Below, in pieces: positions 40,122 to 50,675 of a stretch of 64,000 bases of DNA. The DNA is from Octopus bimaculoides. Taxonomy: Eukaryota. Under the pieces are notes generated by a model. The model had not been told where the DNA came from. It saw only the letters and a program-made list of their open reading frames with translations, and made no database searches. Positions within the stretch are counted from its first letter, which is position 1. Every line of letters starts with the position of its first letter. The translations under genes and the position numbers were made by a program. Location: positions 46,182,050 to 46,246,049 of the forward strand of contig NC_068985.1 in the NCBI RefSeq assembly GCF_001194135.2, in the 5' to 3' direction.

Positions 40122-40491
40122 CAACATGGTTCCGTGTTCAGTCCCACTGCGAGGCATCTTGGGCAAATATCTTCTACTATAGCCTCGGGCCGACCAAAGC
40201 CTTGTGAGTGGATTTGGTAGACGGAAACTGAAAGAAGCCCGTCGTATATATGTATATATATATATATGTATATGTGTGTGTTTGTGTGTCTGTGTTTGTC
40301 CCCCTAGCATTGCTTGACAAACGATGCTGGTGTGTTTATGTCTCCGTCACTTAGCGGTTCGGCAAAAGAGATCGATAGAATAAGTACCAGGCTTACAAAG
40401 AATAAGTCCCGGGGTTGATTTGCTCGACTAAAAGGCGGTGCTCCAGCATGGCTGCAGTCAAATGACTGAAACAAGTAAAAGAGTAAAAGAG
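40122..40491 (+). mobile_element. SINE family A, 5'-truncated
   Basis: Nearly collinear with 6040-6420. Confidence 0.9.
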
Positions 40492-41158
40492 ATTTGATTT
40501 TAAAATATATCAAAAAATATTATTCATATATAAATATTCATTATACAATTGGCATTTGCTTACTGGAATGCTCTAAAGTTGTTCGTTTTTTATATGTATT
40601 TTCTTTTCACTCTACATTCTATTTCATCCATTTCCTGAAGATTTCAGCTGAATGCTTTGGAAAATACCAACATTTACATTCTACTGAAACCTTTTCTGTT
40701 CTTAACCCTTTTTACTTAATACTATCTTTTCCTGAGATTGTAGTTGAATGAATGCTTTTAACCGAAATGGCTTTTGTTTTAAAACTTACATTTGCCCTGT
40801 TCTTTGACATGAATTTTTTTTTTTTTACTTTTCCATCAAACATTTTACTTTCTGTGAAAAGTATGTAAGACCTGACCAAATTTTTTTATCTTGCTAGAAG
40901 TATGTTTTTAAATTTGGCTAATTGTATTGACCCAAATATATAATTTTGGTATAGTCACAGCTTAACAATCGTTTTCGTTCAAGGATCCCATTATGGACAT
41001 TATTCACCTCAGTGATAGATGTTTATTGGTTGAAAGTAAAAGTATTTTGCTATTTGTAGTATTTCTTAATTGCAGATATATAGAAACAAAATGTTTGTGT
41101 TAACTTACAAAAAAATAACCATTTCTTTGTAAATTAAATTGTATATAAAATCACTATA

Positions 41159-41553
41159 GTGGAGGCGCAATGGCCCAGTGGTTAGGGCAGTGGATTCGCG
41201 GTCATAGGATCGCGGTTTCAATTCCCAGACCGGGCGTTGTGAGTGTTTATTGAGCGAAAACACCTAAAAGCTCCACGAGGCTCTGGCAGGGGATGGTGGC
41301 GAACCCTGCTGTACTCTTCCACCACAACTTTCTCTCACTCTTACTTCCTGTTTCTGTTGTGCCTGTAATTCAAAGGGTCAGCCTTGTCACACTGTGTCAC
41401 GCTGAATATCCCCGAGAACTACGTTAAGGGTACACGTGTCTGTGGAGTGCTCAGCCATTTGCACGTTAATTTCACGAGCAAGCTGTTCCGTTGATCAGAT
41501 CAACTGGAACCCTTGACGTTGTAAGCGACAGAGTGCCAACAACAACAACAACA
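41159..41553 (+). mobile_element. Full-length young tRNA-derived SINE family E with (CAA)n tail and 12-bp TSD
   Basis: A box TGGCCCAGTGG, B-box-like GGTTTCAATTCCC; aaaatcactata at 41147-41158 and 41554-41565. Confidence 0.95.
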
Positions 41554-42221
41554 AAAATCACTATAAAGATGTAAATATTAAGCTATAAAGGCTGCCAAAA
41601 ATTAACCTCAATGAGATTATACTTTATTTATAAAAAAAAATATTCATTAGAATTATAAAATATACAGGAAGTTTGAATAAATTTTGGAAAATCAAAATCT
41701 GTGACAGTTTAAAAAAAATCTTAGTCAAAATAGCTTAGCTGAAAAGATCAACATTTCTCTGTGTGTGCATGTGTTTGTGTATTTATGGAATTTACAATAT
41801 TAAAGGAACATTGTCAGGTCACTTAAATTAAGAACTCAAAGCAAGAAGTATGGTAATTAAGACTTTTAATCCTTAACAGTGAATCTGACAATATATTTTG
41901 TTTCGCTTGAAGGCTTTGTCAAAATAGTAAACTGAATAGTTACTGACATCTTTACAACCAAATAATTACTATCAACTCTATCATTGTAACACCTGTAGGT
42001 GGTGTAAATTGGTCTAAAAGTGTTTGAGCATCAGACAAAAATGTCTGCGGTACATATTTACAGTGCAGTTTATGTTCTAAGGTCAACTTTGCCTTTCATC
42101 ATTCTATCATTGATAAAATAATACACCAGTCATGTACTGAGAGTTGATTCAATATTTGTGAATAGAATTATAACCGGAAACTCAGTCTCAACAGCTCAAA
42201 TATACTGTGAATGAATGGATC

Positions 42222-42970
42222 CTTTCATTCTTTTACTTGCGGCCATGCTGGAGCATCGCCTTCAAGGGTTTTAATCGAAATAAATCAACCCCAGGACTTT
42301 TTCTTTTTTGAGATTAATACTTATACTATTGGTCTCTTTTGCTGAACCACAAAGTTACAAGGATGTAAACACACCAACACCAGTTGTCAAATAGTGATGG
42401 TGGGGGACAAAAACAGACACAAACACACACACGCACACACACAGAGTGGTGAGGAGCTTATTTTCCAACTACATGGTTCCGGGTTCAGTCCCACTGCATG
42501 GTACCTTGGGCAAGTGTCTTCTACTATAGCCTCAGGCCAGCCAAAGCTGTGTGTGTGGATTTGGTAGGAAACTGAAAGAAGCCCATCATAATATATATAT
42601 GTGTGTGTGTGTGTATTTGTGTTTGATTGTCCTGTCACCATTGCTTGACAACTGATGTTGGTGTGTTTACGTCCCCGTAACTTAGCAGTTTGGCAAAAGA
42701 GACTGATAGAATAAGTACTAGACTTACAAAGATTTGTTTCACCAAAGGCAGTGCTCCAGCATGGCTGCAGTCAAAGACTGAAACAAGTAAAAGAATAAAA
42801 GAATATATGTTTATATACAGTGGGTTTCTTTCAGTTTCTGTCTTCCAAATCCACTCACAAGGCTTTGATCAGTCCAAGGCTATAGCAGAAGACACTTGTT
42901 CAAGGTGCCACGCAGTGGAACTGAACTGAGAACCATGTGGCTGGGAAGCAAGCTTATTACCACACAGCCA
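42222..42970. mobile_element. Nested SINE family A: a plus copy (42446-42803) inside the central microsatellite of a minus copy (42222-42445 and 42815-42970)
   Basis: The minus-strand 3' half, a full plus copy, then the minus-strand 5' half appear in the order expected for one interrupted element. Confidence 0.8.
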
Positions 42971-42984
42971 AATTCTTTCTAATT

Positions 42985-43400
42985 TTGGCATCAAGATCAG
43001 GAATTTTTGATGGGAGGGGGCAATTTGATTACATTGAACGTTGTACTTGACTGTCACTTTTTCCTATTGATCCCAAAACTATGAAAGGCAAAGTAGACTT
43101 TGGCAGGATTAGAATGTAAAGAGCTGAAAAAATACCACAAAGCATTTTGTCCAAACTGTTAACAATTCTGCAAGCTTGTCACCTTAATAATCCTTTCTAC
43201 TACAAGCACAAGGCCTGAAACTTTAGAGGAGGTGGCTAATCGATTGCATCGACCCCATGGCTCAACCAGTACTTATTTCATCGACTCCGAAAGGATGAAA
43301 GATAAAGTTGACCTCTGCAGAATTTGAACTCAAAAAATATAGTGACAGATGACATACTACTTAGCATTTCACCTGGTGTGCTAATGATTCTGCCAGCTCA
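42985..43400 (-). mobile_element. Two SINE family B copies
   Basis: caaggcctgaaac...cgattgcatcgacccc...gaaagataaagttgacctc...aatttgaactc...ctaatgattctgccagctc. Confidence 0.85.
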
Positions 43401-43435
43401 CGTTACCTCCTTAATAATTATGATAATTCTTTGTC

Positions 43436-43714
43436 CTGTAGGTACTTCTTTCTTCTTGCCTTTAACCCTCCAACGTGGAGTATAGGTCACTTATAATTGA
43501 ATTCCATGTCGCATAATTTCTCGCTTCTGTACTTATACTCTGCCATGAATGTCCCCCTTTCTCTAGTTCCTTTTGTGTTGATCTATGCCATGAGTTCTTA
43601 GGCCTACCCCTCTTTCTATATCCATCCGGATTCCACTGTAAAGCACTTTTCACTGCATTTGGTGTGTCCTTTCTAATTGTGCTACCAATCCACTTCCACT
43701 TTTTCTGTAGGTAC
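43436..43714 (-). mobile_element. 5'-truncated RTE-clade retrocopy with perfect 10-bp TSD, inserted in a family B SINE tail
   Basis: ORF KKWKWIGSTIRKDTPNAVKSALQWNPDGYRKRGRPKNSW matches the RTE C-terminus. ctgtaggtac is at 43436-43445 and 43705-43714; the minus-strand tail is caagaagaaagaa. Confidence 0.9.
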
Positions 43715-43875
43715 AAGGCCTGAAATTTTGGGGAGAGGAAAGAAGTTGGTTACATAATCTCCAGTACCTGAGTGATACTTTATCTTATCAACCTCAAAAG
43801 GATGAACACCAATATCAGCCTTGGTGGAATTTGAGTTCAGAACGTAAAGAGCTAAAAAAAAAGCCGTCACTTAGC
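43715..43875 (-). mobile_element. SINE family B (host of the RTE insertion)
   Basis: aaggcctgaaattttgggg...ccttggtggaatttgagttcagaacgtaaag. Confidence 0.8.
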
Positions 43876-44355
43876 ATTTTTTTGATGCTCCTAAGGATTC
43901 AAATCCAGTATCTTATAGTCACCATTACAACTCACTCTGAGTCACTGGAATGGCTCAGGATAGACTGATAAGCTTGTCTGATATACAGTAATTACATAAC
44001 GAGTCCTTCTTTTTTTAAAGAGACTTTTGTTTCCGTTGTCAATAGTGTAAATGCTGCTTCTTTGTTCATTTAAACTATTTATGTCTAATATAACGTGTGA
44101 TTCATCCACTTTCTATCTCTTTCCTACATGCACTCATTTGGAGGTGTTATGTTAAAGAAAAAGTACTCAAGAAATGATTTAGTTTGTTTATTTAACTGTT
44201 TAAAGCTGGTGATTCAATTCGGACAGTACTCGTAGTTTCTTGTTAAGTGTGATCCTTCCATTGTTTTGCTGCCCTAAGGATCATTCATGTTGAGTAGAAG
44301 ACTCTTAACTTTGTGAGAGTATGTGTGTGGGTATATATATATACATATATATATA

Positions 44356-44490
44356 TCATCATCATCATCATCATCATCGTTTAACGTCCGCTTTCCATGC
44401 TAGCATGGGTTGGACGATTTGACTGAGGACTGGGGAAACCGGATGGCAACACCAGCCTCCAATCTAAATTTGGCAGAGTTTCTACAGCTA
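44356..44490 (-). mobile_element. SINE family C, 3' part
   Basis: Reverse complement of about 36465-36596. Confidence 0.9.
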
Positions 44491-44594
44491 CATATATATA
44501 TATATGGGAGAATTTACGAAAACAACAACAGACGAGGACAGGTGGTGTAAACAACAAAAGGATGTATTAGTTTAACGCTCAGGAATAGAGAAAG

Positions 44595-44631
44595 TCTTTA
44601 ACGTTTCGAGCTACGCTCTTCGACAGAAAGA
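44595..44631 (-). ncRNA. Minimal type I hammerhead-ribozyme-like motif (U at core position 6) within a probable Penelope-like terminal repeat (about 44500-44695)
   Basis: Minus strand: TCTTT-CTGTCGA-A-GAGC(GTA)GCTC-GAAAC-GTT-AAAGA; 5-bp stem I, 4-bp stem II and palindromic AACGTT stem III. Confidence 0.5.
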
Positions 44632-44723
44632 AATAAGGGGAAAAACAAGGAGAAAAAAAATTAAAATGTAGTAGTCAGCGATCTATCACGGCGACTATAT
44701 ATATGAGTGTGTGTGTGTGTGTG

Positions 44724-44943
44724 TATGAGCGGGTGCTGAAAAGTTCCTGGCTTTAAGGGTGTCGTGAAAGGCCTGTTTGGAGACCCAACCTTCTGAGTTC
44801 TTTTACAGGACTTAGTAAATTTGAAGGACCAGTGCAATAAGCATGTGAATCTGAGAGAGGAATATGTTGAATAAAATCATAATTAACTGGTCCTGTATTT
44901 TCTTTTACCCAAAGCCAGGAACTTTTTAAGTACCTCCCTCGTG
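44724..44943 (+). mobile_element. Internally deleted mariner element (MITE) retaining the transposase C-terminus
   Basis: TIRs tatgagcgggtgctgaaaagttcctggcttt / aaagccaggaactttttaagtacctccctcgtg; the interior reads FLQDLVNLKDQCNKHVNLREEYVE*, like the mariner terminal W.KC....G.YVE. Confidence 0.75.
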
Positions 44944-45061
44944 TGTGTATATACATACATATATCGACAGTAGTTCATATTTCCGAAAAAGAAGCTCAGT
45001 CTAAAACATTAGAGTAGTAATATATTTTTAGACGGTTGATTGGTATGACTAGTTAGAGAAA

Positions 45062-45175
45062 GACCAATAGTTTTGCACCTATAAAGCGCTTAGCTGTATA
45101 GGTGACCGAGACTCAGATGGAGGCCATTTGAGTCTGATAAGTCGCCTATACTTTATAGGTATGAAACCAGTGGTC
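45062..45175. repeat. 114-nt three-segment imperfect hairpin
   Basis: Pairs 45062-45086/45151-45175 (20/25), 45096-45106/45141-45151 (10/11) and 45110-45120/45124-45134 (10/11), with a 3-nt loop. Confidence 0.8.
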
Positions 45176-45924
45176 ACTCTCTGACCGGCCATAACAATCG
45201 GCCTTAAAAATGTGTATATAGTGCGTGTGTTTGTGAGGGAAAACATTAAAGAGTACTCAATGCATCAAGCCGAGTTTTAAAACACATTATTGTTCAACTA
45301 TTTTTATGAGATCTCGCATTCACCAGTTAGCATATTCAACTAAAAATGCTCTGAATTCGCAGTATGATTAATGCTTCTCCAGTGCGAAACTCAAGCGGAA
45401 AAGTCGTTCTTGAGCAGTTACCGTAATATATACAAATGTTATACGACTCTGTGGTATATTTATATTGTTATGCGTGTATATTATCTTAGACATCTGAACA
45501 CAAGTTGTCCCATAAGTAAGGTGGTAGTTAAATATATTTGGTATTGAAACATAGTATCGAAGTTATAGAACACACTGAGTGTGTGTTGTGCGCATGCTTT
45601 TAATCGCGTATGTACAAAATACCGCACTATGTCTCCATGTGTATGTGTTTATACAAACAAACGTACGTATTTATATACTCGGACACACTACTTGAACTGT
45701 GAGGAATTCATGTTTAATTCAAGACAGCAGATAAAGTGCCAAAATATGAATGAATAAATGCATGAAAGTATGAATGAACTTGATATAGCTGTACGATGAT
45801 GATGGTGGTGGTGGTGGTGGTGATAGTCCAAGGTGTGATAGAAGCAAACTGATACTAGTATATTAGAACAGCTGGTCAGTCACCAACACTAGAATCACCA
45901 ATGCCATTATTAAATAGTAAACTT

Positions 45925-46142
45925 CACCTTGACAACAAGGGAATCTCTATGTGGTTGTTCAGTCTGTTAGAAATAGCAGTCGAATTTCCTTCAACTCACA
46001 TTCTGCTGCTTTATTATATAAGCAAACACACTTAAGATAATGTACTCTGTCGTATCCTATAAACAGACTGGATGATCATAACTGGAATACCATTGTACAC
46101 AGTTCTACTCGTTCAAAGATGACATGGGGTTAAACAACAACC
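45925..46142 (+). mobile_element. Degraded dispersed repeat family D (SINE-like, aaacaacaac tail); relatives at about 130-300, 8140-8240 (-), 35150-35330, 39460-39640 and 48560-48700 (-)
   Basis: Shared ctgctagaaatagcagc-type, gataatgtagtcc-type and gggg(c/t)taaacaacaac motifs. Confidence 0.65.
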
Positions 46143-46651
46143 TCAAGCTGTATATTATCATAATCGACTTGCTGAGCCTTGCTTTCGTCGTTTTTAGCAT
46201 CCATAGTTGTCTATAAGGTAATAAAGGGCCGACAAATTGTGATATTGCAGAAACACTCCGCCTAATGCTTGCTTCTCGGACTATCATCTTCTCTACTATT
46301 CTTCTTCCTAACGCTTACTGACTGACATACATGTGTGTCTACATAATTGCCTTCAAATAAAATACACCTTTGGAACTATAAACTCTACCTTATAGCCTTC
46401 CTCTCTTGTGTCCGTTCGTCTCATCAAACCTATTTCTGCAACAGCGCTCACCTCAACGCACACGTTTATCTACCTATATCTGTTTACCCACTCCACCCAT
46501 CAAAAATATGTATTATTGGTTGTGTGAAGACCAATTAAGGAAATTTGGTAGAATATACGTTGTACTCCTTAAACTGGACAGCATTTAAATATCTGTATAT
46601 TTGGAAAATCTGACACGCACACTCATACACGTGTATACCAGTATTTGTGTG

Positions 46652-46705
<54 letters not shown>

Positions 46706-48377
46706 TTTGTATGTATTAAGATTCTATAACCGTGTGTCTGTGTGGGAGATATGCACTGTACAGAGCTGGAAAGACCATGGTTCAAACGAAGAAGCTATAC
46801 ACGTGTTGGATCGAGGGGATGATTTTTTTTAGTAGCAAAAGACCCTACGGAGAGTTCACCCAATATACAGGCCCTGTGGCCGAATTTGTGTGTGCGTGCG
46901 CGCGCGTGTATGTGACCCCAGCATGGCCGCATACTGATGACTGAAAGAAGTAATATATATATATATATATATATATATTGTATATATATTTATTGTATAC
47001 ATGGATGTGTGCGTTTAGATATTGTGATTGTTTTACCATATTGGGTTTAGTTGTATTTCATCATTAGATGTGCACACACGTGTAATAGATGTATGTATAC
47101 ACCTCTGCACATCTATAGCTATGATGCTTGGTGTGAACGGGTGTGTGTACGAGTACTAAGTTATAGTTTGTGTAGGATCTATATGTACAGAAAACATGGT
47201 CGTTTAATAAGTGCGCGCGTCTGTGTGTGTATATATATATATATATATATACATACATGTGTGTGTGAATGTGTTTTGCGTGCAGAGAATGGTTGCAATG
47301 AATGTCGGACATGTAGAATTTTCGTAGTTATTAAGGGATCGGAAAGAAATGTATATATTGTGCGGATTTTATAGTTGAGGTGTGTCTGTGTGTGAGTTCC
47401 TAAATTTATTAAAATGTACATATACAGTGTGTAACGTGCAAATGAAAGTGTGTGTGCACGTACATATGTAAATATATATAGAGATATTCACATGCATAAC
47501 TATGCATGTTTCTCGCACTCAATATGCGCGCGCGTATGCATACATATATACGCGCGCGCGCGCATGTGTGTATGTATGCACACACACACAATCACACACA
47601 TGCGAAGGGATTTGCATGCTGTCAGTGAAGGATTTGGCGTGTTGGCGAATTATCGGTCTTGGTAAAAAGAAAGACAGCTCTTGCAATGTCCACCAGTCAC
47701 ACCAACCAACTTTAGTAGAACCATCAACATTGGTAGAATACGTAGTAATAGTCGTAGTATATTATTAGCTGTGGAGGTAGCTGAGAAGTATTATTTGTTA
47801 TTATTATTAGTAGTAATAATAGTATTTTGGTTCCACACCGACTACTGTGTTACATTGGCAGCAGGAACAATATTTGTTATGCAGTTGATTTGCAGTGGAA
47901 GGTCAGCAGCAGCAGTAGTGGTAGTAGTAGTAGTAGCTGTTTTAATTGCATTAGCAGTAGATCGTAGTAATTGATGTTCTTTAGCCGCAGGTCAGCGCTA
48001 ATCGAGTAAACTATGATAAAAAAAAAGTTTTTTTTTCCTGTCATAACTAGCTTGTCTTGGTTTTGAGATGCAATGCTTTTATAATGCATCTTGGATTACA
48101 CTATCTAACGTTATTTCTTTTAAGCTGCAGGACGTGTTTTGAAGAAGCTTTAGCTGCTGTGTTTAGCAGGTCGCACAACCATTTCGATGTCCCCTAGTTG
48201 TTTCGAAGATAAAAAAAAAATTACCAAAATTTGTATATGATCGCTTTTAATTAATAAGATAGTCTGTTTAACAAGCCGGGACAGCGAAGACTTGTTTCAA
48301 TCCCTAGTATTTTCTTAACACTACTTATAATAGACCCCGAGGAAAGACAAGACCTTCACAGTTCCCCATTTTCTTAC

Positions 48378-48383
48378 CTCCGT
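48378..48383 (-). other. Candidate 6-nt microexon ACGGAG (Thr-Glu in phase 0)
   Basis: Minus strand reads ctttttcttggtttctatttgactag|ACGGAG|gtaaga. Confidence 0.28.
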
Positions 48384-49280
48384 CTAGTCAAATAGAAACC
48401 AAGAAAAAGTTTGTCTATATTCTACTTTCTTTTTAAGTTCAAATCTCGCCGAACTCCATTTAACAGGTTAATGTGTCTGGGGTTATTATATATCTCCAAG
48501 TCGTCCTCGATTTGGCAGAAGTGCGCTGAGATATTCCACCCGTGACAATCACGTCTTTGCGTATATCAGGGACTACATAGTCCAATGTATCTTTTATTTT
48601 AAATAAATTCAAAGGACGTTTCGCTGCTATTTCCAGCAGGTCGATCCATTACGTAGAGGCTCTCGCTGTCCAGGTTGTCGAAATAAAGTACCTGCAATAT
48701 ACTGTAATCAATTTAATCTTATATATTCACTCTGTGTGGAAGAAATTGTGGTGGTGTTGTTTGTAGTAACCACGTATTTCAATCACAGTGATAATCGTAA
48801 TTAAAAGTTTGGTGATTATTTGTATTGATATATCGATCATTTCACTCTCTCGTCCTGTCGGATTCGTTATTTAGCAACGACCCGTTACAATCTGCGTTCA
48901 AATCCCATCAAGGCCGACTTTGCTTTTCAGCCTCCCGGGAGTCGGTCGATAAATGACAGTAGTAGACAAGTAGCGGAGTTTGTTTAGTTGATTTATATTC
49001 TTGTAATGCATCCTAAATGTGAATAGAAATACAACAGATAAACGAACACGATCTTGGGACGTGAAAGTAGCAAACGACTTAATCAGATTTTCCATCTAAA
49101 CCATCCAGTGAGTTTGGCACTTCTTCACAGTTCAAGCCGTTCGTTCGTTCGTTCGTTCTCTGCTTCTTAATGTTTTCTTTTCTTCTTGCTTTACTTGGCT
49201 GTCAAAGTTTGGGCATGGGCGGAAATGGGTGAATGTCTTGTCTATGATTCGGGCTGCTTTGCCGCGCATGGTGTACTTAC

Positions 49281-49321
49281 AGTAAAGTACCACTGATGGT
49301 CACGAGAAGTTGGCTCTTTTT
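49281..49321 (-). CDS. Candidate 41-nt coding exon 2 (E-KEPTSRDHQWYFT) of an unidentified gene
   Basis: gactttctttgacag|...tactttact|gtaagt; joins in frame to the phase-1 end of 50579-50675. Confidence 0.3.
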
Positions 49322-49479
49322 CTGTCAAAGAAAGTCACCTTTATCTCTTTTGAAGTTACTACTCTTACTGTTACATGATATAGGTGTGTCCCTTCCTTCT
49401 TTCAGTTATCAAATATAGGTAAGATGTCGATGGCAGATGGACAAGTAATAACAGTAGCAACGACTGCTGCTGCTGATGT

Positions 49480-49830
49480 AGCAGAAGTAGCAGCAGTAGT
49501 AGAATTGATAGAACATGAGTAGTAGTAGTAGTAAAATTGAGAGAACATGAGTAGTAGTAGAAGTGATAGAACAGTAGTAGTAGTAGTAGTAGTAGAATTG
49601 ATTATAGAACAGTAATAGTAGTAGTAGTAGTAGTAGTAGAATTGCTTGAACAGAAGTAGTAATAGTAGAATTGATAGAACAGGAATAGTAGGAATAGAAC
49701 AGTAGTAGTAGTAGTAGCAGTAGATGATATAGAGAGATACAACAGTAAGTCCTAGTGTTTCTGATGTTGTTACTAAAGACATACAATAGTTGCTTCTTGT
49801 AGTAGTAGTAGTAGTAGTAGCAACAGATAA
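49480..49830. repeat. Compound minisatellite: gaattgatagaaca-like anchors separated by variable (AGT)n
   Basis: At least six anchor variants between about 49502 and 49681. Confidence 0.85.
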
Positions 49831-49861
49831 CAATAGCTAGTTCTTCAGGTTAGTAATAATA

Positions 49862-49913
<52 letters not shown>

Positions 49914-50578
49914 CAGCAGTAGTAATAGTAGTAGCTTTTTGTAATACATGAAGTTGTTGATAGAATTAGAAGTTGTGGTAGTGATTGTTAGTCACAGAGG
50001 AGAGAACTTAGAATATAATTATATTTATTTTTTTCAGACTCCTTAAATTCTTTCTTAACGTTTTTCGAGCCTTTGGTTTCTTTTTTGTTGACCTCTTTCT
50101 ACACCTTTAACTCTTTCCTTTCCTCTTACCTCCCTCTCTTTCCATTTACACCTTTTACTATTTTCTCTCTCTCTCTCTCTCATATTCTTTTCTTTTTTTT
50201 TCACTTCTCTTCTTTTCCTTTTACTATTCCTTCACTCTGTCATTCCCATCTTTTGTTTTTCTTCCTCAATTTCTCTACATTTCCTCCAAATATCCCTTCT
50301 CTTTCATACTGATACAATTTTTCTCTCTCTCTCTCTTCCTCTCACTCCTTCACTCTCTTCCTCTCACTCTTTCTCTTTCTGAACGGATAATCAGCCGGTC
50401 AGTCAGATAGGCTGCATGCTCACACACACATACACACACACACTCACGAGTGCACGAACGCATACACACAACGAAGCATTCACACGCAGTGTGATAGACA
50501 GAGCATGCAATGTAACACACACACACACACACACACACTGACTGACTGACAGACGGGCAGGCAGGCAGACAGACTCAC

Positions 50579-50675
50579 CACCAGCCAAGCCAGCCAGCAG
50601 AAAACCCTCATTGCCTGGATGGATGGACTGGTTCCTTCCTGGCTTTTCTCCCGTGTTTACCACCGCCGTCACCAT
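50579..50675 (-). CDS. Candidate first coding exon MVTAVVNTGEKPGRNQSIHPGNEGFLLAGLAG(G) of an unidentified gene
   Basis: gacaATGG has A at -3 and G at +4; it follows a long pyrimidine-rich leader and ends at G|GTGAGT inside the CpG island. No family is recognised. Confidence 0.3.

Noticed and set aside
41159-41235. tRNA-like A and B boxes here and at other SINE heads
   Set aside because: No complete cloverleaf, and they continue into SINE bodies with tails and TSDs; not tRNA genes.
48605-48700. Apparent minus-strand exon VLYFDNLDSESLYVMDRPAGNSSETSFEFI*
   Set aside because: The sequence matches dispersed repeat family D (cgacctgctggaaatagcagc) and ends in a stop.
49402-49833. Poly-Tyr/Thr/Leu ORFs, and a repeat-spacer look resembling CRISPR
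   Set aside because: The spacers are just (AGT)n, the anchors are short and degenerate, there are no cas genes, and the context is eukaryotic.
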